This document shows, one piece after another, positions 1 to 9,603 of a DNA stretch of 64,000 nucleotides. A program made the position numbers and the translations under genes. Position 1 is the stretch's first letter. Every line of letters starts with the position of its first letter. Source of the stretch: Candidatus Omnitrophota bacterium (GTDB lineage: Bacteria; Omnitrophota; Gorgyraeia; Tantalellales; Tantalellaceae); NCBI GenBank assembly GCA_035403965.1, contig DAONGE010000001.1:85008-149007 (forward strand). The letters are read 5' to 3'. The notes under the pieces are model-generated. The model saw only the letters and a list, made by a program, of their open reading frames with translations, ran no database searches and was not told where the DNA came from.

Positions 1-547
1 GAACGCGGCTATCGAGGCCGCTCGGGCCGGGGAGCACGGAAAAGGTTTTGCGGTTGTCGCTGATGAGGTGAGAAAACTTGCCGAGCGCAGTGCTTCTTCC
101 GCTAAAGAAATACAGACGCTTATTATTGAAAGTTCGAAACAGGTGAAAGATGGTGTCGACCTTTCAAAGACGACCGGGGCCAATCTGATAGAAATCGTCG
201 ATGAGATCAACAAAATGGCAGAACAGATACAGGCGATCTCTTCCGCTACGCAGCAGCAGGCAGCGACGATGGAACAAAATACGTCAATAACGGAATCTAA
301 TGCTTCAGCGGCGGAAGAACTTGCGGCATCGGCAGAAGAAATGGCTGGCCAGGCCGATTCGCTGAACGCGATTGTAGGGAGATTTAAAATAGCTGGCAAT
401 AAAAGTGGGGATGAAGGTAAGGGTAATCTGCCAGGTTCAGTTGTGAATAAAACGGGTGCTACGGTAGCGACGAAGGCAAAGTCGACAGTGGCAGGAAATT
501 ATAAGAAGGGTGTGACAGGAAAAGAAGACAAATTAAAGATAGGATAA
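1..547 (+). CDS. methyl-accepting chemotaxis protein, C-terminal signalling-domain fragment (5' end lies outside the window)
   Basis: ORF is open to position 1 (same frame as the GTG at 68). Translation [41 protein letters not shown] matches the highly conserved MCP signalling hairpin. A Gln/Ala/Glu-rich helical tail follows. Confidence 0.8.
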   Translation, partial: NAAIEAARAGEHGKGFAVVADEVRKLAERSASSAKEIQTLIIESSKQVKDGVDLSKTTGANLIEIVDEINKMAEQIQAISSATQQQAATMEQNTSITESNASAAEELAASAEEMAGQADSLNAIVGRFKIAGNKSGDEGKGNLPGSVVNKTGATVATKAKSTVAGNYKKGVTGKEDKLKIG

Positions 548-906
548 TTCGGGGTATGTTTATCTGGAAAACCCATGATTGTTGAAATGTCAGGGTTTTA
601 TTATTGCATACTTTAGGGTAGATGATACGTTTTCAGGAGAATTCTGATATAGGAACAATGGTCCGGATTTTAGGTTAATAACTCAATTTTACTGCTTTAT
701 ATGCCTATTCTGTGATGTTTTGTCCGCGTTTAGGATACACGCCTGTTAAGTATGAAAAAGCTAGTCATCTTCCTTTCCTATAGTTTAAACCATGTGATAT
801 AATAGAAGCGTCGAAGGAAAAGAAAAATAAGTTTAGACGAGGTAATTAAAGAATTTTAAAAAGACTGATTGTAACTAGTAGGAAACGAACCGATAACGAG
901 GGTGTC

Positions 907-1317
907 ATGAAGAACACAATAAAATACATAGCGGTATCTTGGATAGTGGCCGCCATGGTCTGCCCGGTGGTATATGCCGGCGCAGTTGCTTCAGTTGGGG
1001 ACACCTCAGACTCCAAATTTGTATCCCGTATAGAGAAAAAACAAGAATTCTTAATGTGTATGAGCCAGAGTATTTCCGAACTAAAAGATGCCTGTCGCAA
1101 AAGGGCGGTGGAAAGCAATAACGAAAGTGAAGCACTTTCATCGTCAAAATATGTCGAACGACTTGAAAAAAAACTGGGGGCCCTTGTTAAAGAGTCTGTT
1201 CAGGATATAGGTTATAAACAAATGCCAGCGGTACAGGCTGCCATGGTAAGCCATCTTTCGCCCGCGTCAAAGTTTGATCAAAACCCAAAAGAAGGAACCG
1301 GAAAAACCGAAGAATAA
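907..1317 (+). CDS. hypothetical secreted protein (N-terminal signal peptide)
   Basis: 136-aa ORF. N-terminus MKNTIKYIAVSWIVAAMVCPVVYAGA is a typical Sec signal peptide. No recognisable domain. Confidence 0.4.
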   Translation: MKNTIKYIAVSWIVAAMVCPVVYAGAVASVGDTSDSKFVSRIEKKQEFLMCMSQSISELKDACRKRAVESNNESEALSSSKYVERLEKKLGALVKESVQDIGYKQMPAVQAAMVSHLSPASKFDQNPKEGTGKTEE

Positions 1318-1383
1318 TGCCCGCGTTGTCTGAAAATGATCCACAAGAATTTACTTTGAGTTCGGTGCTTTGATCTGGAGAGA

Positions 1384-1884
1384 TTATTCTGTTCCGCCGA
1401 TCATGGAGGGGTTTTCTTTTATGCCGAGCTCCGATATATGCGCCAATTGTTCTATATTGGTCTTTGCGGTCTTGATATGGTCTAGAACGGCCGGATTTTT
1501 AATTTCCTTCATAGCTTCATCCAGATATTGGGTATCATACGCACACTGATTTTTAATAAAAGCCAGCCATTCATTAAGGATATTGACGCTAGTTTGCGTC
1601 GGATCGCCCTCTTGGGATATTGCCATTTTAAAAAGGCGAAAATAGGCCTCGATCGTAGTTAGCGTGGAAGTATTAAGCTCAAATATCCTTTCCAGTGTCC
1701 GCAGATCGTTGCCGACAGTTTGTTTGATGTTCTCGGGTAGCATTTTGCCCTGATTTGTGATAGCCGTCCTAAGGTCAAACATCTGTTCAATGTGTTTATA
1801 TTCCTGGCAGAAAGAGAAAGACGCCCCGCTGAAAATGACCAGGGCAGAAACAAATAGAGACTTGAGTATGTTTTTTTTTCTCAT
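1384..1884 (-). CDS. hypothetical secreted protein
   Basis: 166-aa ORF on the minus strand. N-terminus MRKKNILKSLFVSALVIFSGASFSFC looks like a signal peptide. No known motif. Confidence 0.4.
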   Translation of the reverse strand: MRKKNILKSLFVSALVIFSGASFSFCQEYKHIEQMFDLRTAITNQGKMLPENIKQTVGNDLRTLERIFELNTSTLTTIEAYFRLFKMAISQEGDPTQTSVNILNEWLAFIKNQCAYDTQYLDEAMKEIKNPAVLDHIKTAKTNIEQLAHISELGIKENPSMIGGTE

Positions 1885-2115
1885 AAACGAACGATCATTT
1901 TATAGTCGCGTGAAAACAAAATTCACAAAAGAATTATAACACATTTTCAAAAAATTACAAATTTAGATGGGGAAAAAGCTATTTGTGGGATAGTAGTGCG
2001 CACTCATGATATAATCATATTGATAGTAAGATTATTTAGTCTTTTGTGTAAAGAATAGTGTGAAAAAATGCGAGAAATAGATTTTGAAATTGAGTATTAA
2101 AGAAAGGACCATATC

Positions 2116-3165
2116 GTGAACGGGAAAAAAATAATATTTTTTGACGCTAAACCATATGATGAAGAGTTTTTCAATGCGGAGAACGAGTCTTTTCATTTTG
2201 AGCTTAAATTTCTTAAGAATCATCTCAATCCGGACACTTGTACACTTGCAAAAGGGTATGACGTTGTATGCGCGTTCGTGAATGATGATATTAAAAGTCC
2301 GGTTATCGATTGTCTTGTGAAGGGAGGGACGGAACTTATAGCTTTAAGGTGTGCGGGCTATAACAATGTTGATCTGAAATATATTTTCGGCAAATTACAC
2401 GTTGTCAGGGTCCCGGAATATTCTCCCTATGCCGTTGCTGAGCACGCTGTCAGTCTTATGATGACCCTGAACAGGAAGACGCATAAAGCGTATTCAAGGG
2501 TGAGGGATAATAATTTTACGATATCGGGACTTATGGGTTTCGATATGTTCGGCAAGACAGCAGGAATAATCGGAACGGGACGTATAGGAAAAGTGCTTAT
2601 TAATATTCTTAAGGGTTTCGGAATGCGTATATTGGCATATGATATGCGTCCGGATAATGACTACGCCGCAAAGACAGGCGTGGAATATGTTCCGCTGGAT
2701 AAGATATACGAGCAGGCGGACATTATATCGCTGCATTGTCCTCTTACGAAGGAAACGCAATATTTGATAAACGACGAAAGTATGAAAAAAATGAAGAAAG
2801 GGGTAATGATAATAAATACGGGCCGTGGCAAACTTATAGATACGAAGGCGCTTATTGATAATCTTAAGAACGGACATATCGGATCCGCTGGATTAGACGT
2901 ATATGAGGAGGAAAGCGATTATTTTTTTGAAGATTTTTCCGCATCATTCATAAGTGACGATGTCTTGGCCAGGTTGATCACGTTCCCGAATGTGCTTATT
3001 ACATCGCATCAGGGTTTTTTTACCAGGGAAGCGCTGGAAAATATAGCTGCTACGACGCTTGGTAATATAAAGGATTTTTTTGACGGTATATTCCTGAAAA
3101 ACGAGATCTGTTATAAATGTGAGCAGAAAATGTGCATGAAAAAAGAAGGGAAACGCTGTTTTTGA
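2116..3165 (+). CDS. D-isomer-specific 2-hydroxyacid dehydrogenase (D-lactate dehydrogenase-like), NAD-binding
   Basis: GTG start. Rossmann motif GIIGTGRIGKV is present. AGYNNVDL and the catalytic-domain layout are typical of the D-2-hydroxyacid dehydrogenase / LdhA family. An unusual Cys-rich C-terminal extension (CYKCEQKMCMKKEGKRCF) is present. Confidence 0.75.
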   Translation: MNGKKIIFFDAKPYDEEFFNAENESFHFELKFLKNHLNPDTCTLAKGYDVVCAFVNDDIKSPVIDCLVKGGTELIALRCAGYNNVDLKYIFGKLHVVRVPEYSPYAVAEHAVSLMMTLNRKTHKAYSRVRDNNFTISGLMGFDMFGKTAGIIGTGRIGKVLINILKGFGMRILAYDMRPDNDYAAKTGVEYVPLDKIYEQADIISLHCPLTKETQYLINDESMKKMKKGVMIINTGRGKLIDTKALIDNLKNGHIGSAGLDVYEEESDYFFEDFSASFISDDVLARLITFPNVLITSHQGFFTREALENIAATTLGNIKDFFDGIFLKNEICYKCEQKMCMKKEGKRCF

Positions 3166-4025
3166 ACATTATCCTTATTAATAAAATATGTCGGGCGGTA
3201 CTTTGTGTTTCGAGTTTTTTGACCGTCTTTTTTCTGGCAGATATGTCGTATGCCTTTTTCCCTGGTGACAGTAAAATTGAAAAGATGGCGACTGATAACG
3301 GATTTTGTCGCACGGATATTAAAACAAATAAATTCATTCTTGCGTCATGGTGGAGATTCCAGGCAGACGGCGATACGGTAAGGATATATATCGAAGGTGA
3401 CGGAAGGGCATGGAAGACAAAAAGAAAGTTGTCATCGGACCCGACTCCGAGAGATCCGTTAGCGTTTAAACTTGCTGTCGGAGATCGATTCCCTAAAATA
3501 GCTTATCTTTCTCGCCCCGGACAGTACGTCATGAAAAAAGAAATAACGTATGATCCGGAATATTGGTCAGGCAAACGATTTTCCGAAGAGGTCATCGAGT
3601 CGGAGAACGAGGCAGTTGATGAGATCAAAAGATCATCCGGGGCTAAAAACGTGGAACTTATAGGATATTCGGGTGGCGGTGCGGTGGCCGTTCTTGTAGC
3701 GGCGAGAAGAACAGATGTGGTCGGGTTGCGCACGGTCGCCGGAAACCTTGATCCCGAAGAAGTGAATAAATACCATAAGGTCGATCAGCTGGCGGGTTCC
3801 CTGGATCCGATGGGCAGTGCGTCCGATATCGCGTATATCCCACAGCGGCATTTTGCCGGAGAAAGAGACAAAACTATTCCGATATTTGTTACAAGGATGT
3901 TCGCTAGGAAAGCCGGGGATACGAATTTTAAGACTGTTACCGTTGCTGAAGGGGCAACGCATCATGACGGCTGGGTCGAGAAATGGCCGGAATTGTTAGC
4001 CGTTCCGCTTGTATCCGCCCGGTAA
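3132..4025 (+). CDS. alpha/beta-hydrolase-fold serine hydrolase (esterase/lipase-like), membrane-anchored or secreted
   Basis: GYSGG nucleophile-elbow motif (IGYSGGGAVAV). An N-terminal hydrophobic segment is present. The start is uncertain: 3132 overlaps the upstream gene by 34 nt, and an alternative start lies near 3243 (MSYAFF). Confidence 0.45.
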   Translation: MHEKRRETLFLNIILINKICRAVLCVSSFLTVFFLADMSYAFFPGDSKIEKMATDNGFCRTDIKTNKFILASWWRFQADGDTVRIYIEGDGRAWKTKRKLSSDPTPRDPLAFKLAVGDRFPKIAYLSRPGQYVMKKEITYDPEYWSGKRFSEEVIESENEAVDEIKRSSGAKNVELIGYSGGGAVAVLVAARRTDVVGLRTVAGNLDPEEVNKYHKVDQLAGSLDPMGSASDIAYIPQRHFAGERDKTIPIFVTRMFARKAGDTNFKTVTVAEGATHHDGWVEKWPELLAVPLVSAR

Positions 4026-4060
4026 ATTGTATGATACCGCTGTTTAGGCATGTAATTTAT

Positions 4061-5263
4061 CTATTCTTTTTTCACTCTAAAATGCTGATATTGTTTTGAA
4101 GGGCTATTCTGATGTGTATTTATCATATCCGTAAGAAATTTCGATTTTAACATGCCTTCCTCCCATTCTCCCAAAGGGGTGGAATCCCAGACAATGCCGC
4201 CTCCGATACCGAGCTCGCCTTTTCCGTTTTGTAACAGTATGGTGCGTATCGGTATATTAAAATAAAGATCCTTGTGTGGTGTGATATAACCGATCGCGCC
4301 GGTGTAAATTTTTCTGTCGTCGGGTTCAAGGTCTCGTATGATTTGCATAGCTTTAATTTTGGGCGCGCCGGTTACCGATCCGGAGGGGAAGAGATTTGCA
4401 AAAATTTCATAAAGTGAAAGGGGACAGTTAATGGTTCCCTTTACAGTCGATGTCATTTGGAACAATGTGCGGTAGCCTGTTATATCAAACAGCTTAGGGA
4501 CATGGATATTATGGGCGATGCGTCCGAGGTCGTTACGCATGAGATCCGCTATCATAACATTCTCGGCGCGGTTTTTCGCGTCGTACTGGAATTTGAATCT
4601 GTGAAATATATCATGTATCGGGGATTTCCCGCGCGGCCAGGTTCCTTTCATGGGTTTTGTTTCGATATTGGCTCCTGTTTTTTTTAGAAATTTTTCCGGA
4701 GAAAGCGAAAGGATCTGAAATCTCCCAGTGTCGATATACGCATTATACGGAACGGGTTGTTCACGGAAAAGAGAGGAATATAAAGAGAATCTGTCCCCAT
4801 CAAAATCGAATAAATTTTTTATGCAATACGTTATCTGGTAAACATCCCCCGATGCTATATGATCGCGGATGGTCTCTATGTCGGAAAAATATTTTTTCAG
4901 AGAAGTATTGATGCGGAGGTTTTTTATTTTGAAGCTTTTCTTGCGGCAAAATACTGGCTTTGCTCGAAAAACGGGCTTTTCATAGATCCCGAAATATAGA
5001 AGAGGGAACTCTGTCCGGTTTTTAAAATTCAGGCTTTCTTCAAAAGAGTATCCGGATTCATAGGAAAGAAAACCCGCAGCGTAAAATCCGTTACTCAGAC
5101 AACTATCGATCATGTCCAGGCAGGATTTTATTTGATCGTGGTTATGTGTGGATATTATTTGGATGGGAGAAGTAAAATAAAGATCTTTTCTGTCGAATTG
5201 TATCAATATTTGCATATCATGACCTTTTCCGGTCTGGGTGCTTCGTAAGAAGCTTAAGGTCAT
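4061..5263 (-). CDS. chorismate-utilising enzyme, aminodeoxychorismate synthase component I-like (PabB/TrpE family)
   Basis: Conserved chorismate-binding motifs: LSPEKFL, TKPMKGTWPRG (the PIKGT-like lysine favours PabB-type), SGSVTGAPKIKAMQII, GGGIVWDS. At 400 aa the N-terminal domain is short. An alternative start lies at 5215. Confidence 0.6.
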   Translation of the reverse strand: MTLSFLRSTQTGKGHDMQILIQFDRKDLYFTSPIQIISTHNHDQIKSCLDMIDSCLSNGFYAAGFLSYESGYSFEESLNFKNRTEFPLLYFGIYEKPVFRAKPVFCRKKSFKIKNLRINTSLKKYFSDIETIRDHIASGDVYQITYCIKNLFDFDGDRFSLYSSLFREQPVPYNAYIDTGRFQILSLSPEKFLKKTGANIETKPMKGTWPRGKSPIHDIFHRFKFQYDAKNRAENVMIADLMRNDLGRIAHNIHVPKLFDITGYRTLFQMTSTVKGTINCPLSLYEIFANLFPSGSVTGAPKIKAMQIIRDLEPDDRKIYTGAIGYITPHKDLYFNIPIRTILLQNGKGELGIGGGIVWDSTPLGEWEEGMLKSKFLTDMINTHQNSPSKQYQHFRVKKE

Positions 5264-5462
5264 GACCTTTGGATATATTTATGTTTCAGATGGGAAATGG
5301 TATTACATTTTTCCGTTCTTTGCTATTTCTTTTAAGATATCCCGCATTTGTTTCAAATAAGTTACGATCCTTATTTCAAAGGCGAACAAAAGAGAGAACC
5401 CGGCTAGAACTATGATGGAAACCCAAAACATAGAAAGTTCTTTCATATGACTCCTTTAAGTT

Positions 5463-5867
5463 TTACTCTTTCCGCGCATCAATACATTTTTGTAATGTTG
5501 AAATAATAATATAAGGATTGTACGGTTTTGTCAAAAAATCGTCCACGCCGTGTTGTTGGCATTCAGGCATATGTTCGGGATGAGCCGTTAAAACGATTAT
5601 AGCGACTGAATTCTTTTTCGTCACGCCGGATTGTTTTTCGGTGTTTCTGATGTTTTTAAGTACCTGTATTCCGTCAACGACCGGCATCAGTATGTCCAGA
5701 AATATGGCTATGTAGGGGCTATTAAGTTTTTTTGCCATTTGGTAGGCATCAAGGGCTACGGCGCCGTTCGGGGCCTCGTCGCAGGCGAAATCGGGGCCTA
5801 TCTGATGGCGTAATAATTTCCTGTTCGTGGCTTCGTCATCTACGATAAGGATCTTCCACATAATCAC
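5463..5867 (-). CDS. single-domain response regulator (CheY-like receiver)
   Basis: KILIVDDE at the N-terminus, an acidic pocket, the phospho-acceptor Asp in IFLDILMP, and a conserved Thr/Lys layout typical of REC domains. 134 aa with no output domain. Confidence 0.65.
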   Translation of the reverse strand: MIMWKILIVDDEATNRKLLRHQIGPDFACDEAPNGAVALDAYQMAKKLNSPYIAIFLDILMPVVDGIQVLKNIRNTEKQSGVTKKNSVAIIVLTAHPEHMPECQQHGVDDFLTKPYNPYIIISTLQKCIDARKE

Positions 5868-5948
5868 CTCCGAGAATATTATAACATATAAAATAAATAG
5901 AGGCTAATCATCAGCTGATCCTGTTGTTGTGGAGGCGAAGAGAGGATA

Positions 5949-5978
5949 TTGACATTTTGCAGGTGGAAACGGTACAAT
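5949..5978 (+). promoter_or_regulatory. sigma-70-type promoter upstream of the parvulin gene
   Basis: TTGACA (5949-5954), an 18-nt spacer, then TACAAT (5973-5978). An AAAGGAA ribosome-binding site lies 6 nt before the GTG start at 6013. Confidence 0.45.
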
Positions 5979-6012
5979 CTATCTTCTTGGCAACTAAAAA
6001 GAAAGGAATATC

Positions 6013-6294
6013 GTGAAGAAAGCTAAAGCAAGGCATATTTTAGTGTCATCCGCGGAGAAATGCGAAGAACTCAAAAAAAGGATAACCTCCGGTGAGGATT
6101 TCGCGAAGGTAGCGAAAGAATGTTCATTATGTCCGTCCGGGAGGACCGGCGGCGATCTGGGCGAATTCTGCCAGGGCGATATGGTGCCTGAGTTCGATAA
6201 AGTTGTATTCAGCGCCGAAATAGGCAAGGTCCACGGCCCCGTTAAAACCGATTTCGGGTATCACCTTATTGAGGTCACAAAACGGGTGGATTAA
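6013..6294 (+). CDS. ppiC: parvulin-type peptidyl-prolyl cis-trans isomerase (PpiC/Par10-like)
   Basis: 93-aa single rotamase domain. ARHILV...GGDLGEF...GYHLIEV are hallmark parvulin motifs. GTG start with a good ribosome-binding site. Confidence 0.75.
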   Translation: MKKAKARHILVSSAEKCEELKKRITSGEDFAKVAKECSLCPSGRTGGDLGEFCQGDMVPEFDKVVFSAEIGKVHGPVKTDFGYHLIEVTKRVD

Positions 6295-6480
6295 GCCGTA
6301 GCGGAGAGCGAAACTATCGGTGAAAAGGTGGTTTATCCGCGTATGAAAGATGCTGACTTTGAACATAGAATTTGGTAATATTATAGCGCTTTATGAGAGG
6401 GGTATTGAATTAAGACCTCTCACCCCTTCAAGGGGTTCGAGGTCCGCTTTTCTTAGTAGAGATTTTATATGTGGAAAAGC

Positions 6481-6570
6481 GGAGGAGTGGCAGAGCGGTC
6501 GATTGCGGCGGTCTTGAAAACCGTTGACCTCGCAAGAGGTCCGTGGGTTCGAATCCTACCTCCTCCGCCA
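6481..6570 (+). tRNA. tRNA-Ser (anticodon TGA)
   Basis: Acceptor stem GGAGGAG/CTCCTCC, discriminator G and an encoded CCA. D-arm GCAGAGCGG. Anticodon stem-loop GCGGT-CTTGAAA-ACCGT places TGA at positions 34-36. The long variable arm (TGACCTCGCAAGAGGTCC) is typical of Ser. T-arm GTGGGTTCGAATCCTAC. Confidence 0.85.
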
Positions 6571-7010
6571 TGAAATGCACAAAAGCGGGAGAAAACTATG
6601 TTTTCTCCCGCTTTTTTTGCATTTCATTCAAACATTGCTTCCATACATATTTTAAACGGGCAATGTTTGCGCCATTCGCTCGCAGCGGTTTTGAAAAGGA
6701 ATTTCAAAACCGCTTTTCACACTCATGCCGGGCGGAGGAGGCAGGGCACCTTCGCTCACCTTGTTCGCTTCGGGGTCCTATCTCCTCCGCCAGAAAAATG
6801 CAAAGGGCGGGTTAAGAATAAATTCTTCCCCGCCCTATTTGCATTTTTCTTAAAACATTGCCTGCCGTTTTGCCACTCGTTGCAATGTTTTGGCATCCGC
6901 TCTTTCGGTTTTTATGAATAAATTCCTAAAAACCTCATTCGCTTCTGCCGGCGGTGTCGGTAGGGCACCTTCGCTCACCTTGTTCGCTTCGGGGTCCTAC
7001 CTCATTCGCC
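6571..7010 (+). repeat. two tandem degenerate ~220-bp units, each ending in a direct repeat of the tRNA-Ser 3' end (att-like)
   Basis: The tRNA 3' end tcctacctcctccgcca (6554-6570) recurs as tcctatctcctccgcca (6776-6792) and tcctacctcattcgcca (6994-7010). A 45-nt block agggcaccttcgctcaccttgttcgcttcggggtcc precedes both copies. Each unit starts with a GC hairpin plus T-run. Confidence 0.6.
6585..6618 (+). terminator. rho-independent terminator after tRNA-Ser
   Basis: Perfect 12-bp stem GCGGGAGAAAAC / GTTTTCTCCCGC with a 2-4-nt loop, followed by TTTTTTT. Confidence 0.65.
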
Positions 7011-7271
7011 AGTTTTATTATGCAATGGGGTATCATTTTAAAGAGATACCCTTTATTATTTCAATAAACAATATCCATCTGTGAGAATACCGTGGAATAA
7101 CCCATTTCTTAACGTAATATGCTTGATACATACTGAAAAACGAGTATTATATATCATTATAATTCCCAGAGATGTCGGTTTGTCTAAAGACCAGTAGATT
7201 AAACTTATTATGGACGAAGTCGTTCATGACCGCGGTAATTAAGCTTTTGCCGCAGAAGGAAGATAATAATT

Positions 7272-8150
7272 ATGAGCGGAGAGCCGATCCATTTAAAAAA
7301 TACGGCGTTAGCTATAACCGAGCGATGCACCCTCAGGTGTAAATTGTGTTTCGCCTATATACCGTACCATGATAACCCGCAGGATATTACTATTGATGTG
7401 CTCGACACGATTTTACGGCGATATTTTTCTATTGTATCAAGCGTGGATCATTTTTGTGTAACGGGAGGGGAGCCATTAGTGCATCCGCATTTGTGCGCTA
7501 TTTTAAATATGATAAACGGGTATTCGGGACAGATAAACAAAACGATAGACATTATAACCAATGGGACATTGGACATTAAGGATGATGTACTCGGATTTTT
7601 GAAGCAGAACAAAGATAAAACACGTGTTATTATCAGTGACTACGGCAAATATTCTCCTAAAACAAAGACTTTAGAGGAACGATTGCGTTCTTCGGGGATA
7701 ATTGTCAGGATAGAAAGATATGCCGCGGATGATCCGCTTTATGGCGGATGGATAGATTGCAGGGATCATTCTTTGAAACACTTTACGCAGGAAGAAATTG
7801 ACAGACAAGGGAAACACTGTTATTTCAAAAATAAAAGAGGGTATACTATCCGTAAAGGGGAATTGCATAACTGCGGACGGTCATATTGGCGAATGCTGAA
7901 GAATATTATTCCGCGCAATCCGGAGGAATATCTGAATTTGCTGGATATGGAGACGCCGATCGAACATCAGCGCGAAATATTGAGAAAATTGCATAAAAAG
8001 GACAGTGTAACCAGTTGCGCGTATTGTTGGGGAGCGAATGCCCGGAGTAAGAGATATAAGCCGGCCGAACAACTTCCGGCCAAAGTTAATAGATGGTCGA
8101 TAAAATACATAAGAGATCGGTTTTTTTCAAAGTGGCTTAGAACCTGGTAA
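7272..8150 (+). CDS. radical SAM protein, small paralog A (CxxxCxxC near the N-terminus, C-terminal Cys cluster)
   Basis: ITERCTLRCKLC gives the canonical CxxxCxxC motif. GGEPLVHP is the glycine-rich SAM motif. A TNGTL motif is present. Four further Cys are conserved with paralog C (HCYF, HNCGR, SCAYCWGA). A ribosome-binding site AAGGAAG precedes the start. Confidence 0.7.
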   Translation: MSGEPIHLKNTALAITERCTLRCKLCFAYIPYHDNPQDITIDVLDTILRRYFSIVSSVDHFCVTGGEPLVHPHLCAILNMINGYSGQINKTIDIITNGTLDIKDDVLGFLKQNKDKTRVIISDYGKYSPKTKTLEERLRSSGIIVRIERYAADDPLYGGWIDCRDHSLKHFTQEEIDRQGKHCYFKNKRGYTIRKGELHNCGRSYWRMLKNIIPRNPEEYLNLLDMETPIEHQREILRKLHKKDSVTSCAYCWGANARSKRYKPAEQLPAKVNRWSIKYIRDRFFSKWLRTW

Positions 8151-8170
8151 AAAAGGCGAAAAGAGGAAGC

Positions 8171-8836
8171 ATGACAGACGGGCCCTTGCGTTTTAAACAT
8201 ATGGCATTGTGTATAACCGAGCGGTGTACGTTAAAATGTAAACTATGCCATGCGCATATACCGTATCATGATGATCCGCGCGACATGACGCTTGATGAGG
8301 TCGAAACCGTCCTTCATAGGCTTTTTTCGATAATAGAAAGTGTGGACGCTTTTGACATAGCGGGCGGGGAACCTTTGCTTCATCCGGACTTAGCCACTAT
8401 ATTAAAAATCGTTGATAAATATTCCAACCAAATAAACAGGACCATCGATATCACTACTAACGGCACGTTAGAAATGACGGATGAAACCGTTGATTTTTTC
8501 AGGGCCAGAAAAGACCGGACCCGCGTGATAATCAGCGATTACGGCAAATATTCCCCTAAAGCCAGACTATTAGCCGAAAAATTGAGTTCGTTGGGGATAA
8601 ATGTCCGGGTTGACCGTCACTACGGCGATTCCCCGATCTATGGCGGGTGGATAGATGACCGGGATCTTTCGTTGAAATTTTTTACACAACGCGAGATAGA
8701 TGAACACGGAAAAAATTGCTTTTATCGGGAGAAAGGGTGGCCCATAAGGAAAGGCGAGTTGCATAATTGTTCAAGGGGCTACTGGCGAATGCTTAAAAAA
8801 GTTATTCCGCGTAATCCTGTTCGCGGGGTTCAATGA
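8171..8836 (+). CDS. radical SAM protein, small paralog B (C-terminally truncated relative to A and C)
   Basis: ITERCTLKCKLC and GGEPLLHP are present. It is collinear with A and C up to IPRNP, then stops. It lacks the ~55-aa tail that carries the SCAYCxGA pair. It may be a decaying copy. Confidence 0.6.
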   Translation: MTDGPLRFKHMALCITERCTLKCKLCHAHIPYHDDPRDMTLDEVETVLHRLFSIIESVDAFDIAGGEPLLHPDLATILKIVDKYSNQINRTIDITTNGTLEMTDETVDFFRARKDRTRVIISDYGKYSPKARLLAEKLSSLGINVRVDRHYGDSPIYGGWIDDRDLSLKFFTQREIDEHGKNCFYREKGWPIRKGELHNCSRGYWRMLKKVIPRNPVRGVQ

Positions 8837-8879
8837 TAGTGAGATAGGTGTTTAATATCATACTTAAATTTGGGATAGA

Positions 8880-9557
8880 ATGAAGAACAATTCGGTTAAA
8901 TTCGGGTTTTATACGTCAAATCGGGCCACGCGGCTTCGCAAATTTCTTTCAGGCCCGCTTCGCGGGAACTCGATTATTGGAATGGTTTTGCATGACGGGA
9001 TCCCGTCCGATGAGCTTAAAAACTTATGTGATCAGAACGGGATAGACCTTATGGCCGTTGATTACGTTGAGCTTGGTGTTGACAAGAGCCGCCGTAATAA
9101 ATATTTGTCTGATGTTTTATTAGAGCAGCTTGTCGCCCGGGGAGTAGATTATTGTTTTTGTTTTGGGTCATGTATACTGGTCGGGGATCTGTTGCGGGTT
9201 TTTCGTAACAGGATCATCAATTTCCATCCTTCGCTGTTACCGGCGTTCCCCGGCATAAAAGCGGTCGATCAGGCTATTGAATACGGGGCGCGATTTCTGG
9301 GGAATACAGCCCATTTTATAGATGAAGGAGTGGATACCGGGCCCATAATAATGCAGTCCATTATTTCGGCGGAAGCGTTCAGTGGGTATGATTCGGTGCT
9401 TGACCAGCAGTTGCTCATGTTGGCCCAGATCATTAAGTGGTTGGAACAAGGACGGATCGAAGTTAGCGGGAGAAAAGTAAATGTACGCGATGCCGTTTGT
9501 GATGATTTGACCTTTATGCCTAATGTCGAGCCCGATTTGTTACAAAAATTATTGTAG
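8880..9557 (+). CDS. formyltransferase-domain protein (sugar N-formyltransferase-like)
   Basis: INFHPSLLPAFPGIKA and FIDEGVDTGPIIMQ match the catalytic N..H..D signature of the Formyl_trans_N family (PurN/Fmt/ArnA-like). The 225-aa size and glycan-cluster context suggest a sugar formyltransferase. Confidence 0.65.
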   Translation: MKNNSVKFGFYTSNRATRLRKFLSGPLRGNSIIGMVLHDGIPSDELKNLCDQNGIDLMAVDYVELGVDKSRRNKYLSDVLLEQLVARGVDYCFCFGSCILVGDLLRVFRNRIINFHPSLLPAFPGIKAVDQAIEYGARFLGNTAHFIDEGVDTGPIIMQSIISAEAFSGYDSVLDQQLLMLAQIIKWLEQGRIEVSGRKVNVRDAVCDDLTFMPNVEPDLLQKLL

Positions 9558-9603
9558 TCGGGGTAGATCAGACTGACGATGTGTTTTTAGGAGGAACAGA
9601 GAG

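Noticed and set aside
2494-3965. Antisense ORFs inside the dehydrogenase and hydrolase genes (2494-2877, 3503-3733, 3633-3965, 3658-3843)
   Set aside because: They are fully embedded opposite well-supported genes that carry clear catalytic motifs. No independent evidence supports them.
6730-6792. Possible second tRNA formed by ggcggaggagg...cctcctccgcca
   Set aside because: Only the 3' terminal ~17-22 nt resemble the tRNA-Ser. There is no D-arm, anticodon arm or TTCGAAT T-loop. It is a 3'-end duplication, not a tRNA gene.
6543-7084. ORFs 6543-6815, 6598-6921 and 6890-7084 downstream of tRNA-Ser
   Set aside because: They lie entirely within the degenerate tandem att-like repeat units and terminator hairpins. 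They have no ribosome-binding site and give odd low-complexity translations. Judged non-coding.
8171-8836. Annotating radical SAM paralog B as a definite pseudogene
   Set aside because: It retains the full radical SAM core and an intact reading frame with a clean stop. The truncation may be a functional short isoform, so it is kept as a CDS and flagged as truncated.
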